DNA from: Roseibacillus sp.
GTDB lineage: Bacteria > Verrucomicrobiota > Verrucomicrobiia > Verrucomicrobiales > Akkermansiaceae
Direction: 5' to 3'
DNA length: 64,000 bases
NCBI GenBank assembly: GCA_965242925.1
Contig: CBDEUM010000029.1
Location: 407,832 to 471,831, forward strand
Shown in pieces: positions 38,978 to 49,848 of this stretch. The translations under genes were made by a program, and so were the position numbers. Under the pieces are notes generated by a model. The model made no database searches and had not been told where the DNA came from. It saw nothing but the letters and a program-made list of their open reading frames with translations. Within the stretch, counting starts at the first letter, position 1, and each line of letters begins with the position of its first letter.

Positions 38978-39703
38978 TTACCAGGCGGCCTGTGCCTTCT
39001 TGAGCTCCTCGGCACTCAGGCCGAAGGCTTTCAACACGCCGGCGGCCATCATCTTGTTGCCATCGGGGTTCATGTGTACCCCATCGCTGGTGAGCAGCTT
39101 GCCGCCCTTCTTGTCTGCGCTGGCGGCGATCGCGGCCTGCATGTCGGCATTCAGGTCGGCCAGGAGGCATTTCTTTTCCTTGGCCAGCTCCTTGAGAAAA
39201 TCGTTGTAGGTGGCCAGCCTCTTGTTGTTGGCGTTGTCCTTGTCCTCGCCGATCATGGTGGAGGTCAGGATCATGACCTTGACCCCGGCGCTCTGACAGC
39301 GGTCGACGATCTTGGTGATATTGACCTTGTAGTCCTCGAGGGACACGCCGCGTTTGCCGTGCCAGACGTCGTTGACGCCACAGCTGAGAGTCATCCAGTT
39401 GGGCTTCTTGCTGAGCACGTGGGGCTCGAGGCGGGCGAGCATCTGATTGGACTTGTGGCCACTGATGCCTGCGGGAATGGCAGAGGTTTTCACTCCAGAA
39501 GATTCCAGCCCGCGGATGACGAGCCGGACGTAGCCGTTGGGGCGGGCGCCAGCCTGGGTGATGGAGTCCCCCAGGAAGGCAATCTTCTCTCCTTCCTTTA
39601 CGCCGATATCGGCCTGAAGAGGGATGGAGAGGCCAACGAGGGCGGTGGCGGCGAGGGCGAGGCGGGTTGTATTCCTGCTGATGGAGCGGTTGATGGTTTT
39701 CAT
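38978..39703 (-). CDS. Secreted SGNH/GDSL hydrolase
   Basis: Signal peptide; FLGDSIT, AGISG, GVNDVW, DGVH. Confidence 0.92.
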   Translation of the reverse strand: MKTINRSISRNTTRLALAATALVGLSIPLQADIGVKEGEKIAFLGDSITQAGARPNGYVRLVIRGLESSGVKTSAIPAGISGHKSNQMLARLEPHVLSKKPNWMTLSCGVNDVWHGKRGVSLEDYKVNITKIVDRCQSAGVKVMILTSTMIGEDKDNANNKRLATYNDFLKELAKEKKCLLADLNADMQAAIAASADKKGGKLLTSDGVHMNPDGNKMMAAGVLKAFGLSAEELKKAQAAW

Positions 39704-39835
39704 GTCTTTCGGGGTGCTGGCTGGGTTTGAGATCCGCAGGCTCACGGGTTGTTTCGAGGGATCTGCCGGTATCGGGGAGGATGAGTCAACGGGAATCGGA
39801 GGAGTGGGCTGCCTCCCTCCCGACGACGAGGTGTC

Positions 39836-40872
39836 TCACACGCCCACGGAATCCTGGGAGGAATTGAGTTTCACGGAGGGATTCTCCGCGACGTTGACCC
39901 AGACATGCACATGGGGGCGGCCACGGAAGTACCAGACAAAGGAGGGGCCTTCCAACCGCCAGTTGTCGTAAATCTTGTCGTCACCAAGGTCTCCTTCCTT
40001 GTAGAAGGCGAGGTTGCAGCCATCGAGGCCACCCTGGGACTTGAGGCACCTGCTCACCTCATCGCGGTCTGATTGCCGGAAGGGTTCAAGGAGGATCTTG
40101 AGGATCCGCTGGACCTCGCTTCGCTGGTCATCGGTGAAGTCGCTGACCGGGCAGCCCTGGAACTGCCCGCCCTTGCCCTTGAAGCCGACCCGTTCCTCGG
40201 AAGGCATGCCGTGAGTGACAAGGGCCTCCTTCCGCTGTGAGCGACTCAGCGTCTGGAAGAGCTTGTTGGCCTCTACGGCCTGATGCCAGAAGACATTGTT
40301 CGGGTGATCGGGTTTTTCGTAGAGTCGCTCTCCTTCATGGGCGTAGAGGATGGGTCCCCCGAAGGCGACATGTTCGGCGCTGTCGCCATCGCAGCGCAGG
40401 GTCATGTGACGACTGGTGAGGACGAACTGGAACTTGCCACTTCCCGGTTCACCGAAAATGGCGATGGATTGCCGCTTGCCGAATCCGCCCACATCGTCCT
40501 TGAGTTGCTGGTCGAAGCGCTTGTGCCAATCGGGGCTGGTCATGCCTTCAAATATGCCCCGGATGAGGGCCTGCTGATCCTTGTTGTAGAAGTTGCTGGC
40601 CACGATGGGATTGGTGATGCGCCAGTTGTTCTCGATGCGGGTGCGCAGGAGCCCGCGCTTCGGGTCGACATGGTCCCAGGCGAAGCACATGGCCTTGCGT
40701 TGTTTTTCGTTGAGGGACTCGTAAAGGACCTTGACCAGGGACTCGGCGGGGCGGCCTTCTGGACAGGCTGCCCGGCAGAGAGCAGGGAGCCGGTTGGCCC
40801 CAGGATTCCCAAGGCCGCGGCGGTGGAAGAACGGAGAAAGTGGCGGCGTTCGAGAGGCGTGGCTGAGTTCAT
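39836..40872 (-). CDS. DUF3500-like Tat-exported protein, frameshifted at ~40750
   Basis: The Tat leader MNSATPLERRHFLRSSTAAALG is in a different frame from the body (AESLVKVLYESL...IAIFGEP...HMTLR...WRLEGPSFVWYFRGRPHVH). One extra base in the G run at 40748-40751 would join them. Confidence 0.75.
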
Positions 40873-41060
40873 TACGGCAGGATGCGCACATTTGGGAACG
40901 GATGCAATTTGGCTTTCTGGCAATGGATCGATAGCGCGGAAGCCTGAGGAAGGGAGGGATGCCCCTGGAAAAATTCAGGGCGTGCCCGGCCAGCTTCCGT
41001 TTCTGGTGGCGCACTCCTTCCGGATTGACGCAATGCCTCAACTTGAGCAGGTATATTGCC

Positions 41061-42428
41061 ATGAAGCGAAACTGCTCCCGGCGGATTTTCTCACTCACCG
41101 TCCTCTCCCTCCTGGGTTTCGGAGGATTCTGTGTCCTCGCAGCGGAGAAGACTCCCAACTGGTCGCAGTTCCGTGGTCCCGGGGCGCGGGGCGTGGCGAA
41201 TCACCAGAACCTTCCGGAGAAATGGTCCGCGACCGAGAACGTAGAGTGGAAGCGTGATCTCCCCGGTCGGGGGTGGTCCTGTCCTGTTGTCTGGGGCAAA
41301 CGTGTCTTTCTCACCACCGTGATCAACGAAGGGGTCTCAGAGAAGCCCAAGAAGGGGCTCTACTTCGGGGGGAATCGACCCAAGTTCCCGGAGACCGACC
41401 ACCGCTGGAAGGTTTACTGCCTTGATCTTGAGAATGGGAAGATCCTCTGGGAGCGCGAGGTTCACAAGGGCAAGCCGCAGTCCGCCATTCATGTCAAGAA
41501 CAGCTACGCTTCCGAGACGCCGGTGACCGATGGGGAACGGGTTTACTGTTACTTTGGGAACCTGGGGATCTTCGTTTTTGACATGGACGGCACGCCACAG
41601 TGGTCCCGGAAGTTCACGCCCCGCAAGACGCGCTACAGCTGGGGGACGGCGGCCTCCCCGGTGCTCCACAAGGACCGCCTCTACATTGTCAACGACAATG
41701 AGGTGGATTCCTGGCTGCTCGCGCTCGATAAGAAGACCGGGAAGGAAGCTTGGAAGGCCACCCGGGAAGAGAAAAGTAACTGGTCTGCCCCCTATGTGTG
41801 GGAGAACAAGGAGCGTACGGAAATCGTGGTACCGGGGAGCGGGCGCACAGTCTCCTATGATCTCGAGGGGAAGGAGCTCTGGTGGTGGCGCCGTGGAATG
41901 TCCAGCATCACAATTGCCACTCCCTACGCATCAGAGGAGTTGCTCTACATCAGCTCGGGTTACGTGGGCGACAAGAAGAAGCCGATTTACGCCATCAAGC
42001 CCGGGGCGAAGGGAGACATTTCGATAAAGCCCTTCAAGCAGAGCGACAATGAGTTCGTGGCCTGGTGCAACTGGGAGGCCGCGCCCTATAACCCGAGCAC
42101 CCTGCTTTATGATGGCCAGCTCTATTCACTCCTTGATCGCGGTTGGCTGCGCGCCCTTGAGCCCGGGAGCGGCGCTTTCATTTATGAACGCAAACGCCTG
42201 CCCCCCGGGGCGGGCTACACCGTGTCTCCGTGGGCTTATAATGGCAGGATCTTCTGCCTGAACGAGGACGGCGAAACGCGGGTGATCCAGGCCGGCAGGG
42301 AGTTCAAGTATCTCCATACCAATCGACTGGCGGAAGATGACATGGCCATGTCCTGTCCCGCCATCGCCGGGGAGCGTCTTCTCATCCGGACCGCCGCACG
42401 GGTTTACTGTATTCGGAAGGACCGGTAG
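41061..42428 (+). CDS. PQQ-like beta-propeller repeat protein (PVC BamB-like family)
   Basis: NWSQFRGP, W..DLPGRGWSCPVVWG, ASETPVTDG, ASPVL, SCPAIAG..L.IRT...YCI. Confidence 0.9.
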   Translation: MKRNCSRRIFSLTVLSLLGFGGFCVLAAEKTPNWSQFRGPGARGVANHQNLPEKWSATENVEWKRDLPGRGWSCPVVWGKRVFLTTVINEGVSEKPKKGLYFGGNRPKFPETDHRWKVYCLDLENGKILWEREVHKGKPQSAIHVKNSYASETPVTDGERVYCYFGNLGIFVFDMDGTPQWSRKFTPRKTRYSWGTAASPVLHKDRLYIVNDNEVDSWLLALDKKTGKEAWKATREEKSNWSAPYVWENKERTEIVVPGSGRTVSYDLEGKELWWWRRGMSSITIATPYASEELLYISSGYVGDKKKPIYAIKPGAKGDISIKPFKQSDNEFVAWCNWEAAPYNPSTLLYDGQLYSLLDRGWLRALEPGSGAFIYERKRLPPGAGYTVSPWAYNGRIFCLNEDGETRVIQAGREFKYLHTNRLAEDDMAMSCPAIAGERLLIRTAARVYCIRKDR

Positions 42429-42445
42429 GGCGGGGGAGGGTGCCG

Positions 42446-42913
42446 TCAATCGGCCCCCTGCCGGTTACGTTTCGGCTTGAGAAATTTCTTTGGGGTGGAG
42501 AGGGGGCTCGCTACCCGCCCGGTGCTGAGTTCGATGATGGTGACCTGGCGGGGAGCGCCGATTTCATCGAGGCGCAGTTCATAGGTTTCCGCCGCCCGGG
42601 CCTCAAAGCCGAAGGGAGCGATGCCGCGTATGGTGCGCAGGCCGCGCTTGAGGGTGAAGATCACGGTGCCGGCGGGCACACGGTACTTGCGGGGAGCGAG
42701 AAGCTTGTAGGGGGTTTCAAAGCGGAGAAGCCAGCCGTTGATCTGTTTCTCTTCGGGACCGATGAGCCGCCGACCGGTGAAGGGTTCCTCGACAGGCATC
42801 ACGATGGTGGCGAAGCCTTCCTTGCGGGTGATCACGTTGGAGGAGTTGCGGGTGGCAGAGCAACCGGCGCAGAACACCGCCAGGACCAGCAGGAGCGTGG
42901 ATGGCATTCGCAT
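42446..42913 (-). CDS. Hypothetical lipoprotein
   Basis: LLLVLAVFCAG-C lipobox; 155 aa. Confidence 0.6.
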   Translation of the reverse strand: MRMPSTLLLVLAVFCAGCSATRNSSNVITRKEGFATIVMPVEEPFTGRRLIGPEEKQINGWLLRFETPYKLLAPRKYRVPAGTVIFTLKRGLRTIRGIAPFGFEARAAETYELRLDEIGAPRQVTIIELSTGRVASPLSTPKKFLKPKRNRQGAD

Positions 42914-43140
42914 CCCATGGCTATGCCTGATCGCAGGCGGCAGCGCGACGTAAAAGGGCCCCTGCGATTCGCGGAGCAGACCAACACGAATAGGGTATGA
43001 TCTGGTCGGAAATCCGGGACTTTGGTCCGGGCCGGCCGGCCTCGCCTTGTCATTTGTTTCCAGGCAGTTAACTTGGGAGCGCTGGCGTCGTGGTGTGCGA
43101 TTGCCCTCACCGGTTAAACGATTCCCTCTAATTTCCCCCG

Positions 43141-44550
43141 ATGAAGCGACTTCTTGGTCAGAACCTGGCCATCTGGCCTGCCCTTCTGCTTATTCAGGCA
43201 GTTTCCGCCCAGAATGTTATCAGTGTGAATTTCGACGGGCAGGGAGGTACCGGCACTCCTGGTCCGGTCACGGGCGTTGCGGGTTCGGTCCCGGTCGATA
43301 ATTGGAACAATAGCGGGGTGTCCGCGCTGAATGGGCCTCTTGCCCTTGTCGACAATGCCGGCTCCCCCACTACGGCGACCGTGCTCTGGTCCGTGGCCAA
43401 CCAATGGACCACCAATGGCGGAGACAGCAGCGGGGGTGATGCCACGATGATGCAGGGGTATCTGGACAACTTTCACGACCGCCCCCCGATCGAGATTACC
43501 GGGATTCCGGCTTCCTTCATGGCAAGCGGCTACGAACTCCGGATTTATCACAACACCGACAGTGGCGGCGCGATGGGTTTCACCGTCAGTGATGACGGAG
43601 GGCTCACTTCCACCACCCACTATAGTTATCAACCGGGGGGCAATAACTCGAACTTCCCCCTGGCCGGAGTTGATCCGTTCGGAGGTGCGGCCGGATATAT
43701 TGGCAGCCAGGAAACCGGCGGCGGCGCCACGACGGCCTCGAATTACACTCTCTTCACGGAATTGTCTGGTTCGGCTGTGACGATAACCGGCGTCCGGGGT
43801 GCTTCCGGAGACACCCGTTCGCGCCCCAACGGATTTCAAATCGTGGCCAAGGCAGTGCCGGGTGCGCCCGTGGTGGAAAACAATCCAGCCACCGGCATAG
43901 CATCCCGTTCGGCCCGCCTCAATGGAACCGTAACCGCTATCGGAAGCGCCGCGCCTGTGGTGACGATCTACCATGGTGACAACGATGGTCTGGCCAATCC
44001 GGCGGACTGGGACACTGCGGTAGAGTTGCCCGGAACGCAGGCGGGGGCCTTTTTCGCCGATGTGACCGGCCTGCACCCCGGCAGGACCCACTATTACCGC
44101 GCCTACGCAAGCAATGAGTCGGGCGCGCGCTGGGCTCCCGCCAGTGATTCATTTCAGACCGGGGTGGAGCCTCCGGTGCTGGTGAACCTGCCCGCCACCG
44201 GGATCATGACGAACAGCGCCGAGATAGGTGTGGAGGTGACGAGCACGGGAGGAGAGGTGCCGCTCGTGACTGTTTACTATGGCTTGACGGACGGCGGCAC
44301 CACGGAGGGGGACTGGGATAGCTTCGCGCTGCTGGGGGCCCAGTCGGGGGCGGCGACCACCACGGTTACCGGTCTGCAGACAGGTCGCTCCTACTTTTAC
44401 AGGGCCCGGGGGGTGAATGGAGAAGGAACGGTCTGGGCGTCGGCCACCGCCAGCTTTGCCACTGCACAACCGGTGCCGCCCAGCGTGGTGACCCGCAGTG
44501 CGGACGGCGTCCGGGGTGCCTCCGCCAACCTGCGGGGAGAAGTGATCTGA
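43141..44550 (+). CDS. Secreted protein, N-part: repeated unassigned domain (copy 1) plus FN3-like repeats; frameshifted into the next ORF
   Basis: Signal ending VSA-Q; domain 43216-43845; repeats A..I....A...G.V...G...P.VT.YYG..DG...W...YYRA.A.N..G..W. Confidence 0.8.
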   Translation: MKRLLGQNLAIWPALLLIQAVSAQNVISVNFDGQGGTGTPGPVTGVAGSVPVDNWNNSGVSALNGPLALVDNAGSPTTATVLWSVANQWTTNGGDSSGGDATMMQGYLDNFHDRPPIEITGIPASFMASGYELRIYHNTDSGGAMGFTVSDDGGLTSTTHYSYQPGGNNSNFPLAGVDPFGGAAGYIGSQETGGGATTASNYTLFTELSGSAVTITGVRGASGDTRSRPNGFQIVAKAVPGAPVVENNPATGIASRSARLNGTVTAIGSAAPVVTIYHGDNDGLANPADWDTAVELPGTQAGAFFADVTGLHPGRTHYYRAYASNESGARWAPASDSFQTGVEPPVLVNLPATGIMTNSAEIGVEVTSTGGEVPLVTVYYGLTDGGTTEGDWDSFALLGAQSGAATTTVTGLQTGRSYFYRARGVNGEGTVWASATASFATAQPVPPSVVTRSADGVRGASANLRGEVI

Positions 44551-44632
44551 CGCTGGCTTCGATGCTCCCACTGTCACGATCTTCTATGGTGACAATGACG
44601 GTGGGATCGAGCCCGGCTCATGGGATCAGGCA

Positions 44633-47600
44633 GTGACGATCGGCGAGCGTAGCGGTGAGTTCTCTCTTTTCGTCTCCGATCTGGTGCCACTCACCACCTA
44701 CTATTTCCGCTGCCGGGCCACCAATGTGGCGGGCACTGTCTGGGCACCGGGCAGCGAGACCTTCACGACCACGGACCTGCTCAGCAGCTCGATTGTGATC
44801 AACGAGATCCACTATGATCACGAACCGAAAACCGAACGCGGGGAGTTCATTGAGATTTTCAATCCGAGTGACTCTCCTGTTCTGCTGACTGGCTGGCAGA
44901 TCAATGGCGCGATTGATTTTGACTTCCCGGAGGGAACCCAGATCTCCGCCAACGGGTTCCTCGTGATCGCGGAGGATCCCGCGACCATGAGATCGGTCTT
45001 CGGGATCAGAAATGCCCTTGGACCCTATACCGGTCGGCTGAGTAACGACGGTGAGCGTCTTGAACTGGAAAACGAGAACGGATTCCTGGTGGACGAGGTT
45101 GACTATGGGATCGGATTTCCCTGGCCCACTGCTTCCCGGGGAGGGGGACCCTCGATGGAACTCATCAATGAGAATCTCGACAATGACCTGGGAAGTTCCT
45201 GGCGGGCTTCCGGCAACGCCGCGCCGGGGGGAGCGCAGGTCACTTATGTCGAAGCGGGGCAATCGTGGCGCTACCGTAAGGGCACGAGCGAAGCCTCCGA
45301 TCCGGTTGACGCCTGGCGCATGCAGGGTTTCACCGAAGACGAGACCTGGGTGACCGGGACGGCGGGGTTCGGTTACGGGGACAGGGATGACACCACGACC
45401 CTGGACGACATGAGGAACAACTACGCAAGCGTCTTCCTGCGCAAGGAATTCAATCTCATCGGGACCATTCCCACCCGGCTCGAGATCCGTGTCTATCACG
45501 ATGACGGTGCGATTGTCTGGATCAACGGCGAGGAAGTGGCCCGGGTGAGCGTGGACCAGGGTGATCTCACCTACCGGGGAGTCAGGGCTTCTGATCCAGC
45601 GGGGGCTGCACCCGGTAGCGCGGTCAACAGTCAGGAGGCGACCTGGACCGACATTCTGTTCCTTGGTGCACAAAACACGCTTCGGCCGGGTGTGAACACC
45701 GTGGCCGTGCAGGGTTTTAACAGCACTCTTTCGAGCAGCGATTTCTCCCTGGATTGCGAAGTGAAGACGCCTTCCCCTGATAACCCGGGCAACCCGGCAG
45801 GAGGGGATCCCACTCCCGGGGCCGCCAATTCCGTCTATGCGGCCAACGCCCCTCCCAATATCCGGCAGGTTGAGCACATGCCTGTGCAACCCGCCGAGGG
45901 CGAGGAAGTGGTTGTCACCGCCAAGCTCACTGATCCCGACGGGATAGGGAGCGTGATCCTCAACTATCAGCTGGTGGAGCCGGGGGCCTATATCAACAAG
46001 GAAGACGCGGCCTACGAGAACGGCTGGGTGCCCCTCGCCATGGTGGACGACGGCACGGGTGGGGATGGGGCGGCAGGCGATTCGGTTTTCACGGTGACCA
46101 TGCCCGCCGGGTTACAGGTGCACCGCCGCCTGGTCCGTTACCGGATCACGGTGGAAGACGGCGTGGGCAATGCCCAGCAGACTCCCTACGAGGACGATGA
46201 GTCACCGAACTTCGCCTACTTCTGTTATAACGGGGTGCCGGACTGGTCAGGGTCCAAGCGTCCCGGGGTGCTTCGTAGTGCCAACTACCGCGCTTCCGCA
46301 CTCGACAGTATTGCGGTCTACCATCTCATTACCAAGGAATCCGATGTGATCCAGTGCCAGTGGAGCGGACCGACCGACGGTGTATACCGTTACCTGGGGA
46401 CCTGGGTCTACGATGGGAAGGTCTACGATCACATGCGCTACCGGATTCGGGGTAATGCTTCCGTCCGCCAGGTGGGCAAGAACAAGTGGAAATTCAACTT
46501 CAACCGGGCCCGGTCCTTCGAGGCCCGTGACAACTACGGGCGCAGGTATGATGTGCCCTGGGACAAGATCAACGGACTGGCCGCCACTAACCCGTGGTGG
46601 CGTAATGATGTCTCCACGGATGGCACGGTCTTCGGTGAGTCCCTCGGGTTCCGCCTGTATCAACTGGCAGGTGGACTCGCCAGCAACACGCAGTTCTATC
46701 ACTTCCGCGTCATTGACAAGGCGGCGGAGGCACCTTCAGACCAGTACGACGGTGACTTCTGGGGTCTCTACATCGCGGTCGAGCAACCCGACATCAAGTT
46801 CCTTGAGGCCCGCAACATGCCCGACGGCAACCTTTATAACGTCCATGGCGGGTCGGGATCGAGCAAGCGGGCCCAGGGCTCGACCCAAGCCAGCGACAAG
46901 TCGGACCTCTTCACCTTCCAGGGACTGCACCGCAGCGGAACCCCGCAGGCCCGGTGGGAGGCCCACCTGGACCTCGACGACTACTTCGCCTTCAACGCGA
47001 TGAACCTCGCAATCAATAACTCCGACATGCGTCCGCAGGATAACGTGAACTATTATCACAACTCGGAGACCGGCAAGTGGCATATCATTCCCTGGGACAT
47101 CGACCTGACCTTCGAGGATGCTCCCCATTGGGGTCGTGGAGACACCTCTGCCTGGGAGGGGATCTATCACTGCCTGCGGTATTCGAGCATCAACCAGGTT
47201 TATGAGAACAAGGTGCGCGAAATCCTCAACCTTCTCCTCGACAATGACCAGTCCGCCCACTTGGTCGATGAATTCGCGGGGTTCCTGACCAAGGGTGGTC
47301 GCTATAACATCGTGGAAGCAGGGCAGGCGGTCTGGGATTACCATCCACGCAAGAACAAGAAGGGCATCTGGTACGCCAACTTCAATTCATCCCTCCTGCC
47401 CAACCGGACCTTTGCCAACCTCGCCCAGTACACCAAGGACTTCCTCACGGTGCGCGGCTACGGACGCAGCAACCTGGCCAGCAAGGCGGTTGACAACGCG
47501 ATCCCGGACAGGCCTGCCATCACTTACACGGGCCCGGCTGGATTTCCAGCTGACGCCCTGACCTTCCAGTCATCATCTTTCAACGACCCGCAGGGAGGTC

Positions 47601-48808
47601 GCACCTTTGGATCGATGGAGTGGCGTGTTGGGGAGATCCGCAATCCGGACACTCCCAATTACGTGGAGGGTGATCGCTACGTCTACGAGATCGAGACCTA
47701 CTACCAGAGCGACCGGCTTACACCATTTCAGAGCCAGTTCACCTTCCCGACTGTTGAGATGAGACCCGGCCGGACCTATCGTGCCCGGGTGCGTCACCTC
47801 GACAACAGTGGCCGCGCCAGCCACTGGTCCGATCCGGTGGAGTTCACGGCCACGACCCCGGACCTCGATCTCTGGACCAGCAACCTGATGGTCACCGAGG
47901 TTCATTACAATCCCCTCCCTGCCAGCGCAGCTGAGATCACCTCTGGATTCGTCACCTCCGATTTCGAGTTCATGGAGATCCAGAATATTAGTTCCACTCT
48001 CACCCTTGATCTCACCGACATCCGCTTCACCAAGGGAATCGACTTTGACTTCGCGGATGGAACGATCACCAGCCTGGCGCCAGGGGCCTTTGCGCTGGTG
48101 GCACGCAATCCCGCCGCCTTTGAGTCACGTTACGGGGCAGGACTGCCCATTGCGGGGAGCTACGGGCCCGACAACCTTTCCAACGGGGGCGAAAACGTGA
48201 AGCTCTCCTTTGGAGCCGGCTCTGCCATCCAGGAGTTCCACTACCTTGACGTCGCGCCGTGGCCCTCCGGCCCGGATGGAACCGGGGTGTCTCTGGTCCT
48301 TGTGAATCCCGCTGCTGCTCCCGATCACGCTGATCCCCTTAACTGGAGAGCCAGCCTGACGGTGGGTGGGAGCCCGGGGGAGGCCGAACAGACTGCGACC
48401 CTGGTGAATTGGAGGAACGACAACTTTACCGCCGCCGAACTTGCTGATCCCGATCTCACGGGGGACCTGGTTGATATCGATCTTGATGGGATGAACACCA
48501 TCATGGAATACGCATTCGTGGGTGACCCCAAGTCATCGGATCCGGAGCACCTGCCCCGGTTGGTGACGGTGACCGATGGCGGGGTGGACTACCTCGGCCT
48601 CGCGATTCGCCGCCGGGCGGGAGCAGGCGATCTGACCTACGAGGTCCAGTCGTCCGGCAATCTGATGGATTGGATCGTGGAGAGCGGCGTGGTGGCGGTA
48701 AGTTCCGTGGACAACGGTGATGGCTCGGTGACGGAGACGCTGCGGCTGCCTGTGACGGTGGTTTCGGGGGTTCGAATGTTCCTGCGGGTGCGGGTGACAG
48801 TGATTTGA
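44633..48808 (+). CDS. Secreted protein, C-part: lamin-tail domains, CotH kinase-like domain, verrucomicrobial C-terminal module
   Basis: IVINEIHY..EFIEI.N and LMVTEVHY..EFMEI.N (LTD); RIRG, KWKFNF, GLY..VEQ.D, NYY..W..IPWDIDLTF (CotH); ends FLRVRVTVI. Confidence 0.85.
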   Translation: MTIGERSGEFSLFVSDLVPLTTYYFRCRATNVAGTVWAPGSETFTTTDLLSSSIVINEIHYDHEPKTERGEFIEIFNPSDSPVLLTGWQINGAIDFDFPEGTQISANGFLVIAEDPATMRSVFGIRNALGPYTGRLSNDGERLELENENGFLVDEVDYGIGFPWPTASRGGGPSMELINENLDNDLGSSWRASGNAAPGGAQVTYVEAGQSWRYRKGTSEASDPVDAWRMQGFTEDETWVTGTAGFGYGDRDDTTTLDDMRNNYASVFLRKEFNLIGTIPTRLEIRVYHDDGAIVWINGEEVARVSVDQGDLTYRGVRASDPAGAAPGSAVNSQEATWTDILFLGAQNTLRPGVNTVAVQGFNSTLSSSDFSLDCEVKTPSPDNPGNPAGGDPTPGAANSVYAANAPPNIRQVEHMPVQPAEGEEVVVTAKLTDPDGIGSVILNYQLVEPGAYINKEDAAYENGWVPLAMVDDGTGGDGAAGDSVFTVTMPAGLQVHRRLVRYRITVEDGVGNAQQTPYEDDESPNFAYFCYNGVPDWSGSKRPGVLRSANYRASALDSIAVYHLITKESDVIQCQWSGPTDGVYRYLGTWVYDGKVYDHMRYRIRGNASVRQVGKNKWKFNFNRARSFEARDNYGRRYDVPWDKINGLAATNPWWRNDVSTDGTVFGESLGFRLYQLAGGLASNTQFYHFRVIDKAAEAPSDQYDGDFWGLYIAVEQPDIKFLEARNMPDGNLYNVHGGSGSSKRAQGSTQASDKSDLFTFQGLHRSGTPQARWEAHLDLDDYFAFNAMNLAINNSDMRPQDNVNYYHNSETGKWHIIPWDIDLTFEDAPHWGRGDTSAWEGIYHCLRYSSINQVYENKVREILNLLLDNDQSAHLVDEFAGFLTKGGRYNIVEAGQAVWDYHPRKNKKGIWYANFNSSLLPNRTFANLAQYTKDFLTVRGYGRSNLASKAVDNAIPDRPAITYTGPAGFPADALTFQSSSFNDPQGGRTFGSMEWRVGEIRNPDTPNYVEGDRYVYEIETYYQSDRLTPFQSQFTFPTVEMRPGRTYRARVRHLDNSGRASHWSDPVEFTATTPDLDLWTSNLMVTEVHYNPLPASAAEITSGFVTSDFEFMEIQNISSTLTLDLTDIRFTKGIDFDFADGTITSLAPGAFALVARNPAAFESRYGAGLPIAGSYGPDNLSNGGENVKLSFGAGSAIQEFHYLDVAPWPSGPDGTGVSLVLVNPAAAPDHADPLNWRASLTVGGSPGEAEQTATLVNWRNDNFTAAELADPDLTGDLVDIDLDGMNTIMEYAFVGDPKSSDPEHLPRLVTVTDGGVDYLGLAIRRRAGAGDLTYEVQSSGNLMDWIVESGVVAVSSVDNGDGSVTETLRLPVTVVSGVRMFLRVRVTVI

Positions 48809-48972
48809 ACCTGCACGGGAGCTGAAAAGCAGGGGTAAACGTGTTCGGGTTCCTTCATTATCTGGTGTGGGCTGCTTTAACAGGATGTCAATAAAGTGGC
48901 GAAAATAATCAAATTATTCCATTTACACCCCTCTCCTGCGGCCCCTTAATCGCCTCAACCCATTAAATACGC

Positions 48973-49734
48973 ATGAAACTCAATACGTTCATCCCTCTCC
49001 TATCCGCTTCTGGTTTCTTGGTAGCAGGAGCTACTGCGGGCACGATCAGCCTGAATTTCGACGGCCAAAGCGGCACAGGCACTCCTGGTGCGGTCACGGG
49101 CGTGGCAGGTGCGATTGCGGTCGGTAACTGGAACAATACCGGTCAGGGAAATGCCTTTAATAGTGGGCCTCTTGACCTTGTCGATGACAGCGGTGCCGCC
49201 ACCGGTGCTGTCGCGAACTGGTCAGTGGCCAACCACTGGACCACCAATGGTGGAGACAGCAGTGGTGGCGATGCCCAGATGATGCAGGGGTATCTCGACA
49301 ACTTCCACGACCGTCCTCCGATCACGGTCACCGGGATTCCTTACGCGCAGTATGATCTCCGGATCTATCACAACACTGACAGCGGCGGCGCGATGGGTTT
49401 CACCGTCACTGATGGGCTCATTACCACCACCCACTATAGTTATCAGGCGGGGGGCAATAACTCGAACTTCCCCCTGGCCGGAACTGATCCGTTCGGAGGT
49501 GCGGCTGGATACATTGGCAGCCAGGAAACCAGCGGTGGCGCCACCAATGGATCGAATTACACTCTCTTCACGGGATTGACCGGTACGGACCTGAGTATAC
49601 AGGGCGTCCGGGGCGCTGCTGGCGACACCCGCACGCGTCCCAACGGGTTCCAGATCACTCAGATCCCCGAGCCCTCCTCGATCTTGCTCCTGGTGCTCGG
49701 ATCAGCAGGCATCTTCATTCGCCGTCGGCGTTAA
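48973..49734 (+). CDS. PEP-CTERM protein consisting only of the repeated unassigned domain (copy 2)
   Basis: Signal peptide, domain 49042-49659, then IPEPSSILLLVLGSAGIFIRRRR. Confidence 0.93.
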   Translation: MKLNTFIPLLSASGFLVAGATAGTISLNFDGQSGTGTPGAVTGVAGAIAVGNWNNTGQGNAFNSGPLDLVDDSGAATGAVANWSVANHWTTNGGDSSGGDAQMMQGYLDNFHDRPPITVTGIPYAQYDLRIYHNTDSGGAMGFTVTDGLITTTHYSYQAGGNNSNFPLAGTDPFGGAAGYIGSQETSGGATNGSNYTLFTGLTGTDLSIQGVRGAAGDTRTRPNGFQITQIPEPSSILLLVLGSAGIFIRRRR

Positions 49735-49798
49735 GTGGGCGCAGGTCCCGAGGGATTTTATATGAACAACGGCTGGGAAAGGGATTTCCCAGCTCTGC

Positions 49799-49831
49799 TC
49801 ACCCGCCAGATTCATGGCGGGTGATTTTTTT
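49799..49831 (+). terminator. Rho-independent terminator after the PEP-CTERM gene
   Basis: tcacccgcca-gattca-tggcgggtga hairpin plus T7; a second hairpin (gctgggaaa...tttcccagc) lies just upstream. Confidence 0.8.
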
Positions 49832-49848
49832 GGAGACCCTTTTGGACC

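Noticed and set aside
44540..44555. Stop-codon readthrough or programmed frameshift at the TGA
   Set aside because: The continuation is in another frame, so readthrough cannot join them, and there is no slippery heptamer; a single-base indel is simpler.
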